64,000 bases of DNA from a virus (taxonomy: Duplodnaviria > Heunggongvirae > Uroviricota > Caudoviricetes): IMG/VR virus record IMGVR_UViG_3300025009_000056. One strand, given 5' to 3'. Shown piece by piece: positions 27,863 through 38,083 of the stretch (position 1 is its first letter; every line of letters starts with the position of its first letter). The position numbers and the translations under genes are program-made. The notes beneath the pieces were generated by a model. That model saw only the letters and a list, made by a program, of their open reading frames with translations, made no database searches and had not been told where the DNA came from.

Positions 27863-28684
27863 TTATAATTTTGAATTAATTTTTTCAACACCAAAAAACG
27901 CTATCGGGTCGTAATAGTTTTTACAGACACTATCCCGAACCTCGAAGTGTAGATGACACGAATAGCAAGAACTGGCAGAACCAGTATTCCCCACGTTAGC
28001 AAACCACTCACCCTTACTTAATTTAGTTCCAACCTGTATTCCGGATGTCTGTGCAAGATGCATATACAGTGTGTAAAAAACATTCCCCTTGTAATCGTGT
28101 TTTACAATTACATAATGACCGGATGTGTTGTCAAATCCGATATAGGTTATTTCTCCATCATAAGCAGAAACCACATGCTGTTTTCCTATCAGATTATGGT
28201 CACTATTATAATCCAACCCCTGATGCAAGACATACTGCATTAAATTATTATCAGCATATACCGGATTCTGCATCTCTATTCCTTTCAGATATTCCGGAAT
28301 ATTCGTAAAATTAAACCATGCTTTAACACCCAGACTTCCGGTATTAAGTTTTAAAACCTCCCTGATTCTATACTGTCGTAATGGGTCATATCCATCGGCA
28401 ATATTTTTCATATTTTCATCATCAAAACGAGCGTTTACCACAATGCCCGTTTTCTTGTTTTTATACACAACCTGCCCTTTTCTCGTCGCCTGCGCTGTAG
28501 ATGGGAAACCTAATTCTTTCCATGTGGGTATATACCAATCTTCAGGACTGGTTAATATATCCATGTTGTAAACTCCATCGCGCGACTGAACTGTGTTTTC
28601 TTTTTCCTCTTCCATTACTTTTCGTTTTTCTATTACGGTTTTAAGTTCCGAAAAATCATTTACCACCACTGCTTTATTAGCCAT
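27863..28684 (-). CDS. M23 family peptidoglycan endopeptidase
   Basis: HQGLD, YMHL, GNTG...CHLHFEV; promoter box for next gene at 27845-27852. Confidence 0.88.
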   Translation of the reverse strand: MANKAVVVNDFSELKTVIEKRKVMEEEKENTVQSRDGVYNMDILTSPEDWYIPTWKELGFPSTAQATRKGQVVYKNKKTGIVVNARFDDENMKNIADGYDPLRQYRIREVLKLNTGSLGVKAWFNFTNIPEYLKGIEMQNPVYADNNLMQYVLHQGLDYNSDHNLIGKQHVVSAYDGEITYIGFDNTSGHYVIVKHDYKGNVFYTLYMHLAQTSGIQVGTKLSKGEWFANVGNTGSASSCYSCHLHFEVRDSVCKNYYDPIAFFGVEKINSKL

Positions 28685-29223
28685 TACTCACGAATTAAAA
28701 AACGGTCAAATTTGTCGTCGTTAAAAATATCAACAGGAGCAATCTTATTCCAATTGGGAAAATATTTATAGTCCAATTTATTATAGACATAAGCGCACCA
28801 CTCACCACAGATAAAGCGCTTATCACTCTTACTCTGCTTACGTCCTATCCATTTACCAAACATAAACCTTATTGGCTGGTAGAATAAAAGGTTCACAAAA
28901 TCATAAGGCACGTGACCGCATTTAGGAAGCATCACGGATGCAAGCCTGACAGGGTGTAGTTTGTCGTCTTTTATTTTTGGCGAACAATACATTAATCCAG
29001 CTTTACCGCTTATGTAATCCGAAAACTTAGTAAGCGATATTCCGCGCTTATCGGACTCGCATACAAAAAGCTCATCGTATAACCAAATGAAAACAGCGGC
29101 GTGATTCCACTTGTTTTTCTCAAAAAACTGAATAGCTCGCGCCAACCATTTTCTACCACTAACAAGCAAAATATCGCCCGTGTTGATTTCTGTAATATTG
29201 CACTGAATTGATTTATTTCTCAT
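28684..29223 (-). CDS. permuted papain-like (NlpC/P60, YiiX/YebB-like) amidase/acyltransferase
   Basis: GDILL, WNHAAV, YDF, FICGEW (His before Cys). Confidence 0.8.
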   Translation of the reverse strand: MRNKSIQCNITEINTGDILLVSGRKWLARAIQFFEKNKWNHAAVFIWLYDELFVCESDKRGISLTKFSDYISGKAGLMYCSPKIKDDKLHPVRLASVMLPKCGHVPYDFVNLLFYQPIRFMFGKWIGRKQSKSDKRFICGEWCAYVYNKLDYKYFPNWNKIAPVDIFNDDKFDRFLIRE

Positions 29224-29230
29224 ATTATTT

Positions 29231-30841
29231 TTATTGACTACTTGTATCCCAGTTCACATCCTGAATTATTACAACATCTCCTGAATTAGCACTTGTAACC
29301 CATATCTCAAAATAGTCCGCAGGAGCAACATTTGGAATATATGCTACGGTGGAAAAAGCAAACGGCTGGTTTGCTGTTGGTATCCTTGCCGACATTTGTC
29401 CATATTTGGTTGCAGCATTCCCGTTTTTCACGATACAAACATCTATCACTCTATTAATCTGATTAACCTGTATATTGCAGCAAACAACCATCCGTATATC
29501 TCTTTTGTTTACGGGTTGATATGTCATACTGTTATCAGCTATCGTAAACTTACAGGTGTAAAATGACGTATTTGTGAACGCTGCTTTATAAAAAGTACCG
29601 CCAGCCGAAATAGTTGTTCCGGTGACATTGTTTTGAACGCCTATTCCGGCGTGTGGAGATTTGCTTTCTATACCAGCATTATTATCGATATACGCATTAG
29701 CATCACGTCCATCAGCGCGGGTGAAATCGAAACCTTCAATAAAATATCCAGTATTATTCCACGTGCATCCAGTTATGTATATATGAGCAATATTGGTAAA
29801 TGTAGCCGGAGTATAAACGATTCCACTATCATTCACTGTGCCGTTCTGAAATTCACAACCACCATCAATAAGAATATAAGCCTTACTACCTTTCAATAAA
29901 TGAACGCCTTTATCGCAATTGATAAATGCTGTCGTCACCATCCTGAATCTAACGCTGTCGTTAGCTCCGGTAATTACTATCCCTGCGTCTTTAATATTGC
30001 GCATATCACCCTCTTGAATCCAAATTTCAGCCTGAGTGGAATCAATAATACCATTCCAAAAACCATCCATTGAAAAATCTTTCACTTCATTATAGGTGTC
30101 CTCGCCTAAGAAACGAATACAATCTTCTCCTGCGTGTGTTCCGTATGTGGCTAAAGCGGTCGCATCAAATGTTATCATCTTGAAATAACAATCGGTTTGG
30201 CATCGAAACATTGGTTTACCAAGCAATCCTGTTGCAGCGGAAATAGTTGTTTCCCCGTATGAAATCCCTTCAATCGTTAATGGATACGGCAAATTTACAT
30301 CAATAGTATTTGCAATTGTATAATTATTACCACCAAGACGAACAACGGACGGGTCTTTCATGTGTTCACCAAGAAAAACCATCACCTCTGCGATAGTGGT
30401 GAAAGAACCTGTTTCAGATACATCAAAAATATTATCAGTCCTGACATTTTTCTCTTTCACAATCCAATTAGTATCTTTGACAACGTAAGTTTTTCCAACC
30501 CATCTTGTTAATCGACTTGTATCCACTGCGTCAATCTTAATGCCCGAATAACCAGCAACGGAAACATAATCAGTATACGTTCCGACATTTTTTATCGTTA
30601 TAGTTAATCCATTGTCAGCAGCGGTAACATCGGGCAATGTCAGAATAATATCACCGCTTGCCTCTACAAAAGCATCTGTTTTCAATAGTGTGTCAGTCGC
30701 TGTTTTAATAACCGGAATTGTAATATTGCCAGAACTTGTCAATATTCCACTTGAGTTTATTTTTACCGTGTTATCATTCAGGTTTATCTGCCCCATCGCA
30801 AGGATTGGAAGCAGCATTATTATCATTATCAGTTTTTTCAT
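29231..30841 (-). CDS. secreted beta-helix-like spike protein
   Basis: signal peptide MKKLIMIIMLLPILAMG|Q (start moved to 30841); parallel-beta-helix-like repeats. Confidence 0.65.
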   Translation of the reverse strand: MKKLIMIIMLLPILAMGQINLNDNTVKINSSGILTSSGNITIPVIKTATDTLLKTDAFVEASGDIILTLPDVTAADNGLTITIKNVGTYTDYVSVAGYSGIKIDAVDTSRLTRWVGKTYVVKDTNWIVKEKNVRTDNIFDVSETGSFTTIAEVMVFLGEHMKDPSVVRLGGNNYTIANTIDVNLPYPLTIEGISYGETTISAATGLLGKPMFRCQTDCYFKMITFDATALATYGTHAGEDCIRFLGEDTYNEVKDFSMDGFWNGIIDSTQAEIWIQEGDMRNIKDAGIVITGANDSVRFRMVTTAFINCDKGVHLLKGSKAYILIDGGCEFQNGTVNDSGIVYTPATFTNIAHIYITGCTWNNTGYFIEGFDFTRADGRDANAYIDNNAGIESKSPHAGIGVQNNVTGTTISAGGTFYKAAFTNTSFYTCKFTIADNSMTYQPVNKRDIRMVVCCNIQVNQINRVIDVCIVKNGNAATKYGQMSARIPTANQPFAFSTVAYIPNVAPADYFEIWVTSANSGDVVIIQDVNWDTSSQ

Positions 30842-31461
30842 TAGTTCATTATTTGAATTACACCGCTCACGTTTATTAAAATGTTCCCAGCACTCTCCGT
30901 TCCCCATTGATAGGTAATGTCAAGTAGGTTGTCAACTGTTGTGTTTATACCCACCCCTATTGCGATAAAGGAACGCTGCGCTCCACCTACAAGCATGGTT
31001 GCTCCCATTACATTGCAAGTTCCGCTAACGCCAGTAGTTATTATCGTTATTTCAACTGTTATATCAGCTATTGTATTGGTGTGCGCTGCAAGTGTAGCGG
31101 TAGATGTGACAAGCGTTGAATCTCCGGCTTTTATCCTGATGATATTCGTCGGGTTTCCTGTTGATGTAAAGTCTGCCTTAGTGTTTATTCGGAATACTTT
31201 TCCAGCCGTAAGTAGTTCAGAAGGCATTGTTCTTGTTCCAATAGCGTTGGCATCATCGAAAAACGATGTTTCTACTAAGGTATTTGTGATTGTCTTTGAA
31301 GACATCTGCGTATACACATTGCGATTATCGTAAGTATTAGCACCATACTGCACTGCTACTGTATTGCCGCCTGTAATTTGAACACTGTTATTATTTAGAT
31401 TAAGTGTTTGACCTATCATTACAATAGGTATTATCATCAATATGAACGCAAGTGTTTTCAT
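30841..31461 (-). CDS. secreted beta-rich protein
   Basis: signal peptide ..VMIG|Q; mature N-terminus resembles that of 29231..30841. Confidence 0.7.
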   Translation of the reverse strand: MKTLAFILMIIPIVMIGQTLNLNNNSVQITGGNTVAVQYGANTYDNRNVYTQMSSKTITNTLVETSFFDDANAIGTRTMPSELLTAGKVFRINTKADFTSTGNPTNIIRIKAGDSTLVTSTATLAAHTNTIADITVEITIITTGVSGTCNVMGATMLVGGAQRSFIAIGVGINTTVDNLLDITYQWGTESAGNILINVSGVIQIMN

Positions 31462-31736
31462 ATAATTTCTTTTGGTGGATTATAACTAAACTCATTCCCT
31501 ACTATAGTCACGTTAAACATCTCCTCGCATTGTTCCTTTGTATAGATAGGCAATACGCAGCCATTGTCATAGTGGCAGCACGTTTCGTGGCAGTTATTGT
31601 CGCAGAATTGCTGATTAACAGGACACATCTTCTGGTCGCTTTCTGTTGCTCCGTATGCGACCTGATAGCCGCCTTCAACCTCTGTGAGTGTGGCAAAGTA
31701 GCTGATTTGTCCTGATGTTCCGATGTCTATTTTCAT
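31458..31736 (-). CDS. small Cys-rich protein
   Basis: CPVNQQFCDNNCHETCCHYDNGC. Confidence 0.65.
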   Translation of the reverse strand: MKIDIGTSGQISYFATLTEVEGGYQVAYGATESDQKMCPVNQQFCDNNCHETCCHYDNGCVLPIYTKEQCEEMFNVTIVGNEFSYNPPKEII

Positions 31737-31805
31737 ATTGTTTTATTTTTAAGTCACTCAATCTTCGGGCTGGGTGTTTCGTTTTCGTTCGCTCCGCTAA
31801 ATAAA

Positions 31806-33152
31806 CTAAGGAATAAAGCAAAGGCGAGAGCCAAAATTCGTATACATAAACGAAGGCGCGTTAATCGAGAAAACGAACACGAAGCCCGCATTCGTACTAG
31901 AACCCGCAGTACCGCCGACGAGGAGGGTACGAAGTGAACTTGAATTAATGTCTGTAAAAAAGTAATCTGTCCAATATATGTCGTAGTTACCACCAACAAT
32001 ACCACCAACATTAGGAACTATTTCACCATAAGTACCATCTAAATTGGTTTTAATGTATCCGTTAGCTCGTGCTATTAACCCTCTGTCCGAATAGCCAGTA
32101 TAATTAGCATCATTGAATAAAGCAGGATTATTCGTTACCCACATCCTCGAATAATCGCCTTGCGCAACCGTTTTTACATCTACGTTTACCCCATCCAAGT
32201 TCTTAAATATATGACCAAATGGCATCTCTATACCTCTGTACCTATTAGCAGCAAATGAGCGTGGAACACCAGCACCGCCAAAGTCTGTTACTGCTACACT
32301 AACTTCGCCTGATTTTGTGGCTAAAATATTTGAAGCACCGCAATTTATGAACGGATACAAACTATTGAAATTAGTCCATTCTGTACCATTAGCGGTTGTT
32401 ACGCCATTACCTAATCCACCTTTCCTATACCCCTCTGTCGTAAATGTAGCATCAACGGCTTTCTGACTATTACGAGTTGCATATTCAACTACAAATAACC
32501 AAGTTATTGTTTTGTGTTGCTCGTATGTGTTTATATTCCATTTTGTCCCAGCGGCTCTATTTCTTGCGTAGGTGCGGAAATTGGTACGGCTTAATTGAGT
32601 TGCAGGCTTACCCAATAAAGTATTAGCTTGTGCATCCCAAGCAGCATTATTATTACCACCTCTGTAATCAGTTGTGGCGTTTACTACTGAACTTAGTTTT
32701 AACGTTGGTCTGTAAACGCTTGCTTCGTATGCACCCAAATAAAACGCAGGGACTTCGTGGAAGCCAGCGATGGGGTATTGTGATATTTTGCAACGGTAAG
32801 TATTGCCCGAAGTTTCAAACTTTCGGTAGTGTAAGGGAACGTATATCATTACCTGACCGTCTATGCCTGATAAATCGGAAGCCGTGCCGTCTGCTTTTTT
32901 TGACCAGTCGTTTTCGTTTAGCCAGTAATTCACTGTTCCGTTATCGAGCAACAAACACGCTCTCATTCCATTCTGTATAGGTAATGAGGCGTGGAGTTTC
33001 ATGTCTCCCGTGCTTGATATTCTTGTTACGTCAGGTGATGTGGCCGTAATATCATATTCTATGCCGTACCACGCCTTACCGTAAGTAACAACCTTTTGTC
33101 CTACCAAGAAAAGAGGTAGTAACAGCGATATGAATAAAAGTATTTTTTTCAT
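31806..33152 (-). CDS. secreted DGR target protein (C-type lectin fold), copy B
   Basis: signal peptide ..LVG|Q; C-terminal GG.A...NAGF.....S..APS......GSRLCFIP. Confidence 0.85.
   Translation of the reverse strand: MKKILLFISLLLPLFLVGQKVVTYGKAWYGIEYDITATSPDVTRISSTGDMKLHASLPIQNGMRACLLLDNGTVNYWLNENDWSKKADGTASDLSGIDGQVMIYVPLHYRKFETSGNTYRCKISQYPIAGFHEVPAFYLGAYEASVYRPTLKLSSVVNATTDYRGGNNNAAWDAQANTLLGKPATQLSRTNFRTYARNRAAGTKWNINTYEQHKTITWLFVVEYATRNSQKAVDATFTTEGYRKGGLGNGVTTANGTEWTNFNSLYPFINCGASNILATKSGEVSVAVTDFGGAGVPRSFAANRYRGIEMPFGHIFKNLDGVNVDVKTVAQGDYSRMWVTNNPALFNDANYTGYSDRGLIARANGYIKTNLDGTYGEIVPNVGGIVGGNYDIYWTDYFFTDINSSSLRTLLVGGTAGSSTNAGFVFVFSINAPSFMYTNFGSRLCFIP
31809..31926 (-). other. DGR variable region (VR)
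   Basis: GC-richer segment with fixed NCG codons alternating with NNY codons, ending GGCTCTCGCCTTTGCTTT. Confidence 0.75.
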
Positions 33153-33169
33153 CTTTTAAGCCTTAGTTT

Positions 33170-36100
33170 TTAGTGCGTGTAAACATATTTTACAGTTCTC
33201 GAACCACCTAACTTATTTTCAATCGTAGTGTATGCACCACCATCGTAAATATTCAAATTACCATCAGTGCCGCCCGTTGTTGTCACATTAGCTGAGTTTT
33301 GAACCAATAGACCGATTGAACCATCAGCGTTTGTAATAACGGTTGCAAATTGGTCATATACACCTGAATTGTAAACAAAAACTCTTAATTCACCGTAAGC
33401 TCCGGCTCTCAAATTAATAATACCATCGTCGGCAACTACTAAGCTATCTGCATCGGGAGCTAAGTGATAAATATCAAAGAGTGCGTCTTCGAGTGAAACG
33501 CTGTCTGTAACTGTTAAATGCTCCATGAAAGTTGTGTCTGCTATGTAGGCGTTGCCTCTCACGCTCAAAGTCGTATCTGCCGTATATGGCAAAACAACTT
33601 TTCCGTTCAATTGTGTCAGCGTAATAGCTGTGTTCCCGATGTTCACACTGTTACTACCCAATCCGATAGCGTTATATCCGATAACAGTTTCGTTTTGGTC
33701 GTTGTCTGCCAAAGCTCTTGTGCCTGCACCGAGAAATAAACAGTAGTCAGAAGTGGTGTTTGCGGTTGCTCCATCAGTTATGTACATACCTGCCTGAAAT
33801 CCTTGCGCAGTATTAGTAAATCCGGTTGTGTTTTTATAGAGCGCACTCATTCCGCTTGCGGTATTACTGTGACCGGAAATATTGTCATTCATAGAAAACA
33901 TACCATTTGCAGTATTTTGATACCCGATTGTGTTACTTGTTAAAGACTGCACCCCATTAGCGGTATTATAATATCCCTCAGTATTAGCTGTTAATGCTGT
34001 TACACCTGTCGCAGTATTGTAATATCCGGTTGTGTTATTCAACAAAACACTATGCCCGATACCTGTATTGAAAGATGATTGGTTTGATGCGGTGGCAGTC
34101 GTTCCCATCGTTAAATTACCAGCATTTTCACCTAAAAACGTATTGTAACCATCAGTTGTCACCGCTCCATTGTTACCGTAATTAAAATTATGGATGAATG
34201 TTGCTGCATCTTTGTAGATAACACCATATTTAGTTGCGTTGGTAGTGTTCAATAAACTTATGTTTTGCTGCGGGAACATATCTCCATTGAAACGAGATGT
34301 ACCCCGCACACTAAGCATTGTGTCCGCTGGCGTTTGCATTATTACCTTTCCTATAAAAGTTGACGTGCTATCAGTCGGGTCAACAATCAATATTGCATCG
34401 GTTGTGCTTGAACTGTCGCCTATGTAGGTTTTGCCGTTTTTAAGGACACGGAAAGCATCATTCCTTGTTGTATCAGCCAATCCATTTCCTATTTGAAAGA
34501 GCGGGTCATATGAATACCAATCAGTATTATGTTCGTATTGCAGGGTGTCATTATACGCCCCACATACAAAACTTGACACCGCATCCGCCTTAACATCAAA
34601 TCCAAGCGCTTGTGAATAATATGATGTAGCTCTTGACTCCCAGCCACCCGCGATAGCCGCCCATCCAGATGCAGTTGTGTTATAACCTTCTGCATGCGAA
34701 TACTCCCCAGATGCAGTTGTGTTATAACCTTCTGCATGCGAATCCGTCCCAGCTGCAGTTGTGCTACTACCCTCTGCATGCGAATCCGTCCCAGCTGCAG
34801 TTGTGCTACTACCCTCTGCATGAGAATAATTCCCAGATGCAGTTGTGCTACCACCCTCTGCATGCGAATACGCCCCAGATGCAGTTGTGCTACCACCCTC
34901 TGCATGCGAATCCTCCCCAGATGCAGTTGTGTTATAACCTTCTGCATGAGAATAATTCCCAGATGCAGTTGTTAGACTACCCTCTGAGTGAGAATATAAA
35001 CCATTAGCTGTATTATATGCACCCTCTACATGGCAACCATACGAACCATTATATATTCTGTTTTGAATTCCCTCAATATGATTACCTGAACCAGATGTCA
35101 TTGAATCAAAAACAACAATATAATAATTCCAATTATCATATATATTTGTAATATCCTCATTTATAGTTAACACAGTGTTTGTTCCATTAAATGACGATGT
35201 GTTTATTGTCGCAATCATAAAATTAGAACCATCGTTATAATTCTCAGCATATATTGTTATCCCAGATGTAAAATTAGATGTTACATCCCCCTCGCTCGAC
35301 TCCAATATTATTTCAGCTGGTGAATTTGTAACAGTATTAATTAAAAATGCCTTAGCTCCAATAATATTTGATTTTCCGCTAACAAAATTACTTTCGCCAG
35401 TAACTATACAACTATCCCCATACGCAAATGAATTTCCAGACACAGTATTCACGCCTCCACCTGAAAAATTACCAATAAAAGTTGACGTGCTATCAGTCGG
35501 GTCAACAATCAATATTGCATCGGTTGTGCCAGAACTATCGCCTATGTATGTTTTACCGTTTTTCAAAACTCTAAAAGCATCGTTTTGAGTCCCCCAACCA
35601 GTTCCATTACCTATTTGAAACAAAGGGTCTGTTGTCACCCAACTCACCTTGCTTGCTGGTAATGTATCGTTATAATATCCAAAAGTAGCAGAGTTCCATG
35701 AATTACAAAAAGATGACCCAGCAGCAAAACCAAAAGAAGTATAATTTACCGCATCATTACAAGCAAATGAATTTTGCATACTTGAATTAAAGTTTTCAGC
35801 TATATTACAAACAAAACCATCCTCTTGATTATTTTGACCATCATTTAAAGCAGCACCTCTAAAACCAAATTGATGTCCTCCGTTTGCTGAAAATCCATAT
35901 TCTGCATTATTATCACTATTATTAAAAGCTGCTCCCCATTTAGCTAAAGAATATGAATTTAAACCATGTACAATACAAAAGTTAGAGTCTACAGGGCCTA
36001 ATGTCATTGCATCTCCAACCCTCAAGCTACCAAATATTCTATAGTTATCATACAAGCTATCACCAGTTGTTTTGACATAGCCAGTATCAGAGACGTTGGG

Positions 36101-37249
36101 AATCCAAGCTGTGTTTTGTTTTGTCCCATCATTAAAAACTATACTATCTTCAATAAATATATTATTGTTAAAACGAGACACACCATGTACACTTAGCGTT
36201 GTATCAGCCGCGTATGTCATTATTACTTTACCCGACCTAAAATTATGTTCTGTAACACTCGTGTTCCCATAAACATATTGATTGTCAGCGGTTGTGTATG
36301 CGCTTTCACCAATAGCCATTGTATTTACAGCATCGACTTTTTGAGAAGCATGGTAGCCAGCACTAAGTCCGATAAATATATTATTTGTTGTAGGACTTGT
36401 TAAGCTACGTCCAGCATTAACACCAAGTAATGTATTCCCATTTGTATTTGCAGTCATACCATTACCAGCGTTTGTACCTATACCGACATTATCTGAACCC
36501 GTCGTCATATTTTGTAATGCACCGCCACCCATAGCTACGTTATAACTACCTGTGACTTTATATAAGGCAAAATCACCAACGGCTGTGTTTGAGTTACCTA
36601 CGACATTTAGGTTTAAGGAGTTAACCCCTATTGCAATATTAGAACTTCCTGACGAGTTCTTGTATAAAGCTGTACGACCAATAGCGATATTATTATTCCC
36701 CGTTATATTGCTATTAAGTGTTGCTGTCCCAATCGCAGTATTTAACCGTCCCGTTGTATTAACAATAAAAGAATAAGCACCCACTATGGTATTTCCGTCA
36801 CCAGTTGTCGTAGCTTGCATTGCTCGATAACCTATTGCAGTATTTTCATTACCAGTTGTAATAGCGTTTAACGCCGTATTACCAAGTGCTGTATTTGTTA
36901 AAATATTACTATTACCTTTACCAATGCGCAAACTGTTAATATATGAATCATAGGTGGCATTAAACATACCTCTTACCGATAGCATCGTATCATTCGGGCT
37001 TGACAAAATCAGTTTATTGTAAATCATGGTAGAACTATCCGCTTTCACGAAATCCATGAAGCGTTTATTACCGCTGTACCGAAGTTGGAATTTATCAACA
37101 CGCCAACCCATTTTGAATGTGTCAGTGCCATTCTGAAAATAGTTGTCGTATGTACCCGAAACAACACGCAATCTGCCGTAAATAGGCGACTGAGAAAAAC
37201 TAACATACGCTGCCAACGACAACGCTAAAAATAATAATATCCGTTTCAT
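33170..37249 (-). CDS. large secreted fibre/adhesin with YadA-like head repeats
   Basis: signal peptide ..VSFS|Q (start 37249); NTAxG..AL..NTTG repeats; SHAEG..TTASG repeats. Confidence 0.85.
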   Translation of the reverse strand: MKRILLFLALSLAAYVSFSQSPIYGRLRVVSGTYDNYFQNGTDTFKMGWRVDKFQLRYSGNKRFMDFVKADSSTMIYNKLILSSPNDTMLSVRGMFNATYDSYINSLRIGKGNSNILTNTALGNTALNAITTGNENTAIGYRAMQATTTGDGNTIVGAYSFIVNTTGRLNTAIGTATLNSNITGNNNIAIGRTALYKNSSGSSNIAIGVNSLNLNVVGNSNTAVGDFALYKVTGSYNVAMGGGALQNMTTGSDNVGIGTNAGNGMTANTNGNTLLGVNAGRSLTSPTTNNIFIGLSAGYHASQKVDAVNTMAIGESAYTTADNQYVYGNTSVTEHNFRSGKVIMTYAADTTLSVHGVSRFNNNIFIEDSIVFNDGTKQNTAWIPNVSDTGYVKTTGDSLYDNYRIFGSLRVGDAMTLGPVDSNFCIVHGLNSYSLAKWGAAFNNSDNNAEYGFSANGGHQFGFRGAALNDGQNNQEDGFVCNIAENFNSSMQNSFACNDAVNYTSFGFAAGSSFCNSWNSATFGYYNDTLPASKVSWVTTDPLFQIGNGTGWGTQNDAFRVLKNGKTYIGDSSGTTDAILIVDPTDSTSTFIGNFSGGGVNTVSGNSFAYGDSCIVTGESNFVSGKSNIIGAKAFLINTVTNSPAEIILESSEGDVTSNFTSGITIYAENYNDGSNFMIATINTSSFNGTNTVLTINEDITNIYDNWNYYIVVFDSMTSGSGNHIEGIQNRIYNGSYGCHVEGAYNTANGLYSHSEGSLTTASGNYSHAEGYNTTASGEDSHAEGGSTTASGAYSHAEGGSTTASGNYSHAEGSSTTAAGTDSHAEGSSTTAAGTDSHAEGYNTTASGEYSHAEGYNTTASGWAAIAGGWESRATSYYSQALGFDVKADAVSSFVCGAYNDTLQYEHNTDWYSYDPLFQIGNGLADTTRNDAFRVLKNGKTYIGDSSSTTDAILIVDPTDSTSTFIGKVIMQTPADTMLSVRGTSRFNGDMFPQQNISLLNTTNATKYGVIYKDAATFIHNFNYGNNGAVTTDGYNTFLGENAGNLTMGTTATASNQSSFNTGIGHSVLLNNTTGYYNTATGVTALTANTEGYYNTANGVQSLTSNTIGYQNTANGMFSMNDNISGHSNTASGMSALYKNTTGFTNTAQGFQAGMYITDGATANTTSDYCLFLGAGTRALADNDQNETVIGYNAIGLGSNSVNIGNTAITLTQLNGKVVLPYTADTTLSVRGNAYIADTTFMEHLTVTDSVSLEDALFDIYHLAPDADSLVVADDGIINLRAGAYGELRVFVYNSGVYDQFATVITNADGSIGLLVQNSANVTTTGGTDGNLNIYDGGAYTTIENKLGGSRTVKYVYTH
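34353..34507 (-). repeat. intragenic module duplicated at 35475-35629
   Basis: 55 bp identical core; DPLFQIGNG...NDAFRVLKNGKTYIGDSS.TTDAILIVDPTDSTSTFIG twice. Confidence 0.85.
34665..35000 (-). repeat. 8 x 42-bp coding tandem repeat
   Basis: period 42 nt encoding SHAEGxxTTASGxx. Confidence 0.92.
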
Positions 37250-37277
37250 ATTTTCCGTTTTCACTTTTTTAATAAAA

Positions 37278-37586
37278 TTACGAGCCAACAGCAACAATAG
37301 TTAATCCGGACGGTAAATCGGTAAGAACCATAATTGTAAAACTAGTCTTCTCACTACCTGCCGTTCCTACCGCATCCCCTTTTTCTAATGTATCAATAAG
37401 CACAACCAGATTTGCATCCTGCACCTGAAGGATGTAATCTCCGTTTGCAAAAGTTGCACCACCATCAAAAAGAACAGTTTTTGCAACTCCAGCCACTAAA
37501 GCTCCGGTTGCTGTTGAAACAACCTTAGCAGGCGAACCACCACTTCCGGTTGTTGCAGGCTTTTTTAAATCTAATCTTCCACCCAT
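37278..37586 (-). CDS. small beta-rich protein (candidate vertex/spike component)
   Basis: Gly/Thr/Val-rich alternating strands, next to fibre gene. Confidence 0.55.
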   Translation of the reverse strand: MGGRLDLKKPATTGSGGSPAKVVSTATGALVAGVAKTVLFDGGATFANGDYILQVQDANLVVLIDTLEKGDAVGTAGSEKTSFTIMVLTDLPSGLTIVAVGS

Positions 37587-37606
37587 TATCTTGATTTTTA
37601 AATTTA

Positions 37607-37858
37607 CTACGTTGAATAAGCAAGTCGGCCAATAGAGCCAGTCGCATCTATAGTTATCTGTCTATAAGAGTCACCACACTCAGCCCAAGTGAATATTTCA
37701 CCCTCTTTCAGCTCGTATGTTTCACCCTCTACATTTGTCATGGTCATCGGAGTGGCGCTATCGTTCGTAAGCACCCCTGTCGTGAATCCATCAGGAATCA
37801 CAAAAACCACCCCGCTTATAACGGGAAATCTAGTGTGTTTTTTAAGGTCTGTTGCCAT
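37607..37858 (-). CDS. small beta-sandwich protein
   Basis: alternating hydrophobic pattern. Confidence 0.55.
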   Translation of the reverse strand: MATDLKKHTRFPVISGVVFVIPDGFTTGVLTNDSATPMTMTNVEGETYELKEGEIFTWAECGDSYRQITIDATGSIGRLAYST

Positions 37859-37864
37859 ATTTTT

Positions 37865-38083
37865 TTATTTACAATAATTTTCTATCTCTTTTGCCGATAG
37901 CCATTTCTTAAACTCATTATTTAAAAAACACGCTATCTGTGGTACTCCGTTTTTAAAATAAATTGTTACTGTCACATTGTCAACAGGAACATTATTTTCA
38001 GCAGCTATCCCAGCGCCTATTTTGCCGATATACTCAGTAACAAGCTCCGGAATATTTATACCAAACAACCTTTCAATTCCCAT
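37865..38083 (-). CDS. hypothetical protein
   Basis: ORF; promoter box 38109-38116. Confidence 0.65.
   Translation of the reverse strand: MGIERLFGINIPELVTEYIGKIGAGIAAENNVPVDNVTVTIYFKNGVPQIACFLNNEFKKWLSAKEIENYCK

Noticed and set aside
26449-33152. Complete DGR cassette in this window
   Set aside because: No reverse-transcriptase motif (Y[AMC]DD) in any ORF, and no second copy of the VR sequence found by eye.
34665-35000. 42-bp periodic repeats as a CRISPR array
   Set aside because: Units are contiguous and in-frame coding (SHAEG repeats), with no unique spacers and no cas genes.
29231-37249. T9SS cargo or autotransporter assignment for the secreted proteins
   Set aside because: No YPNP-type C-terminal domain and no C-terminal beta-barrel anchor recognised.
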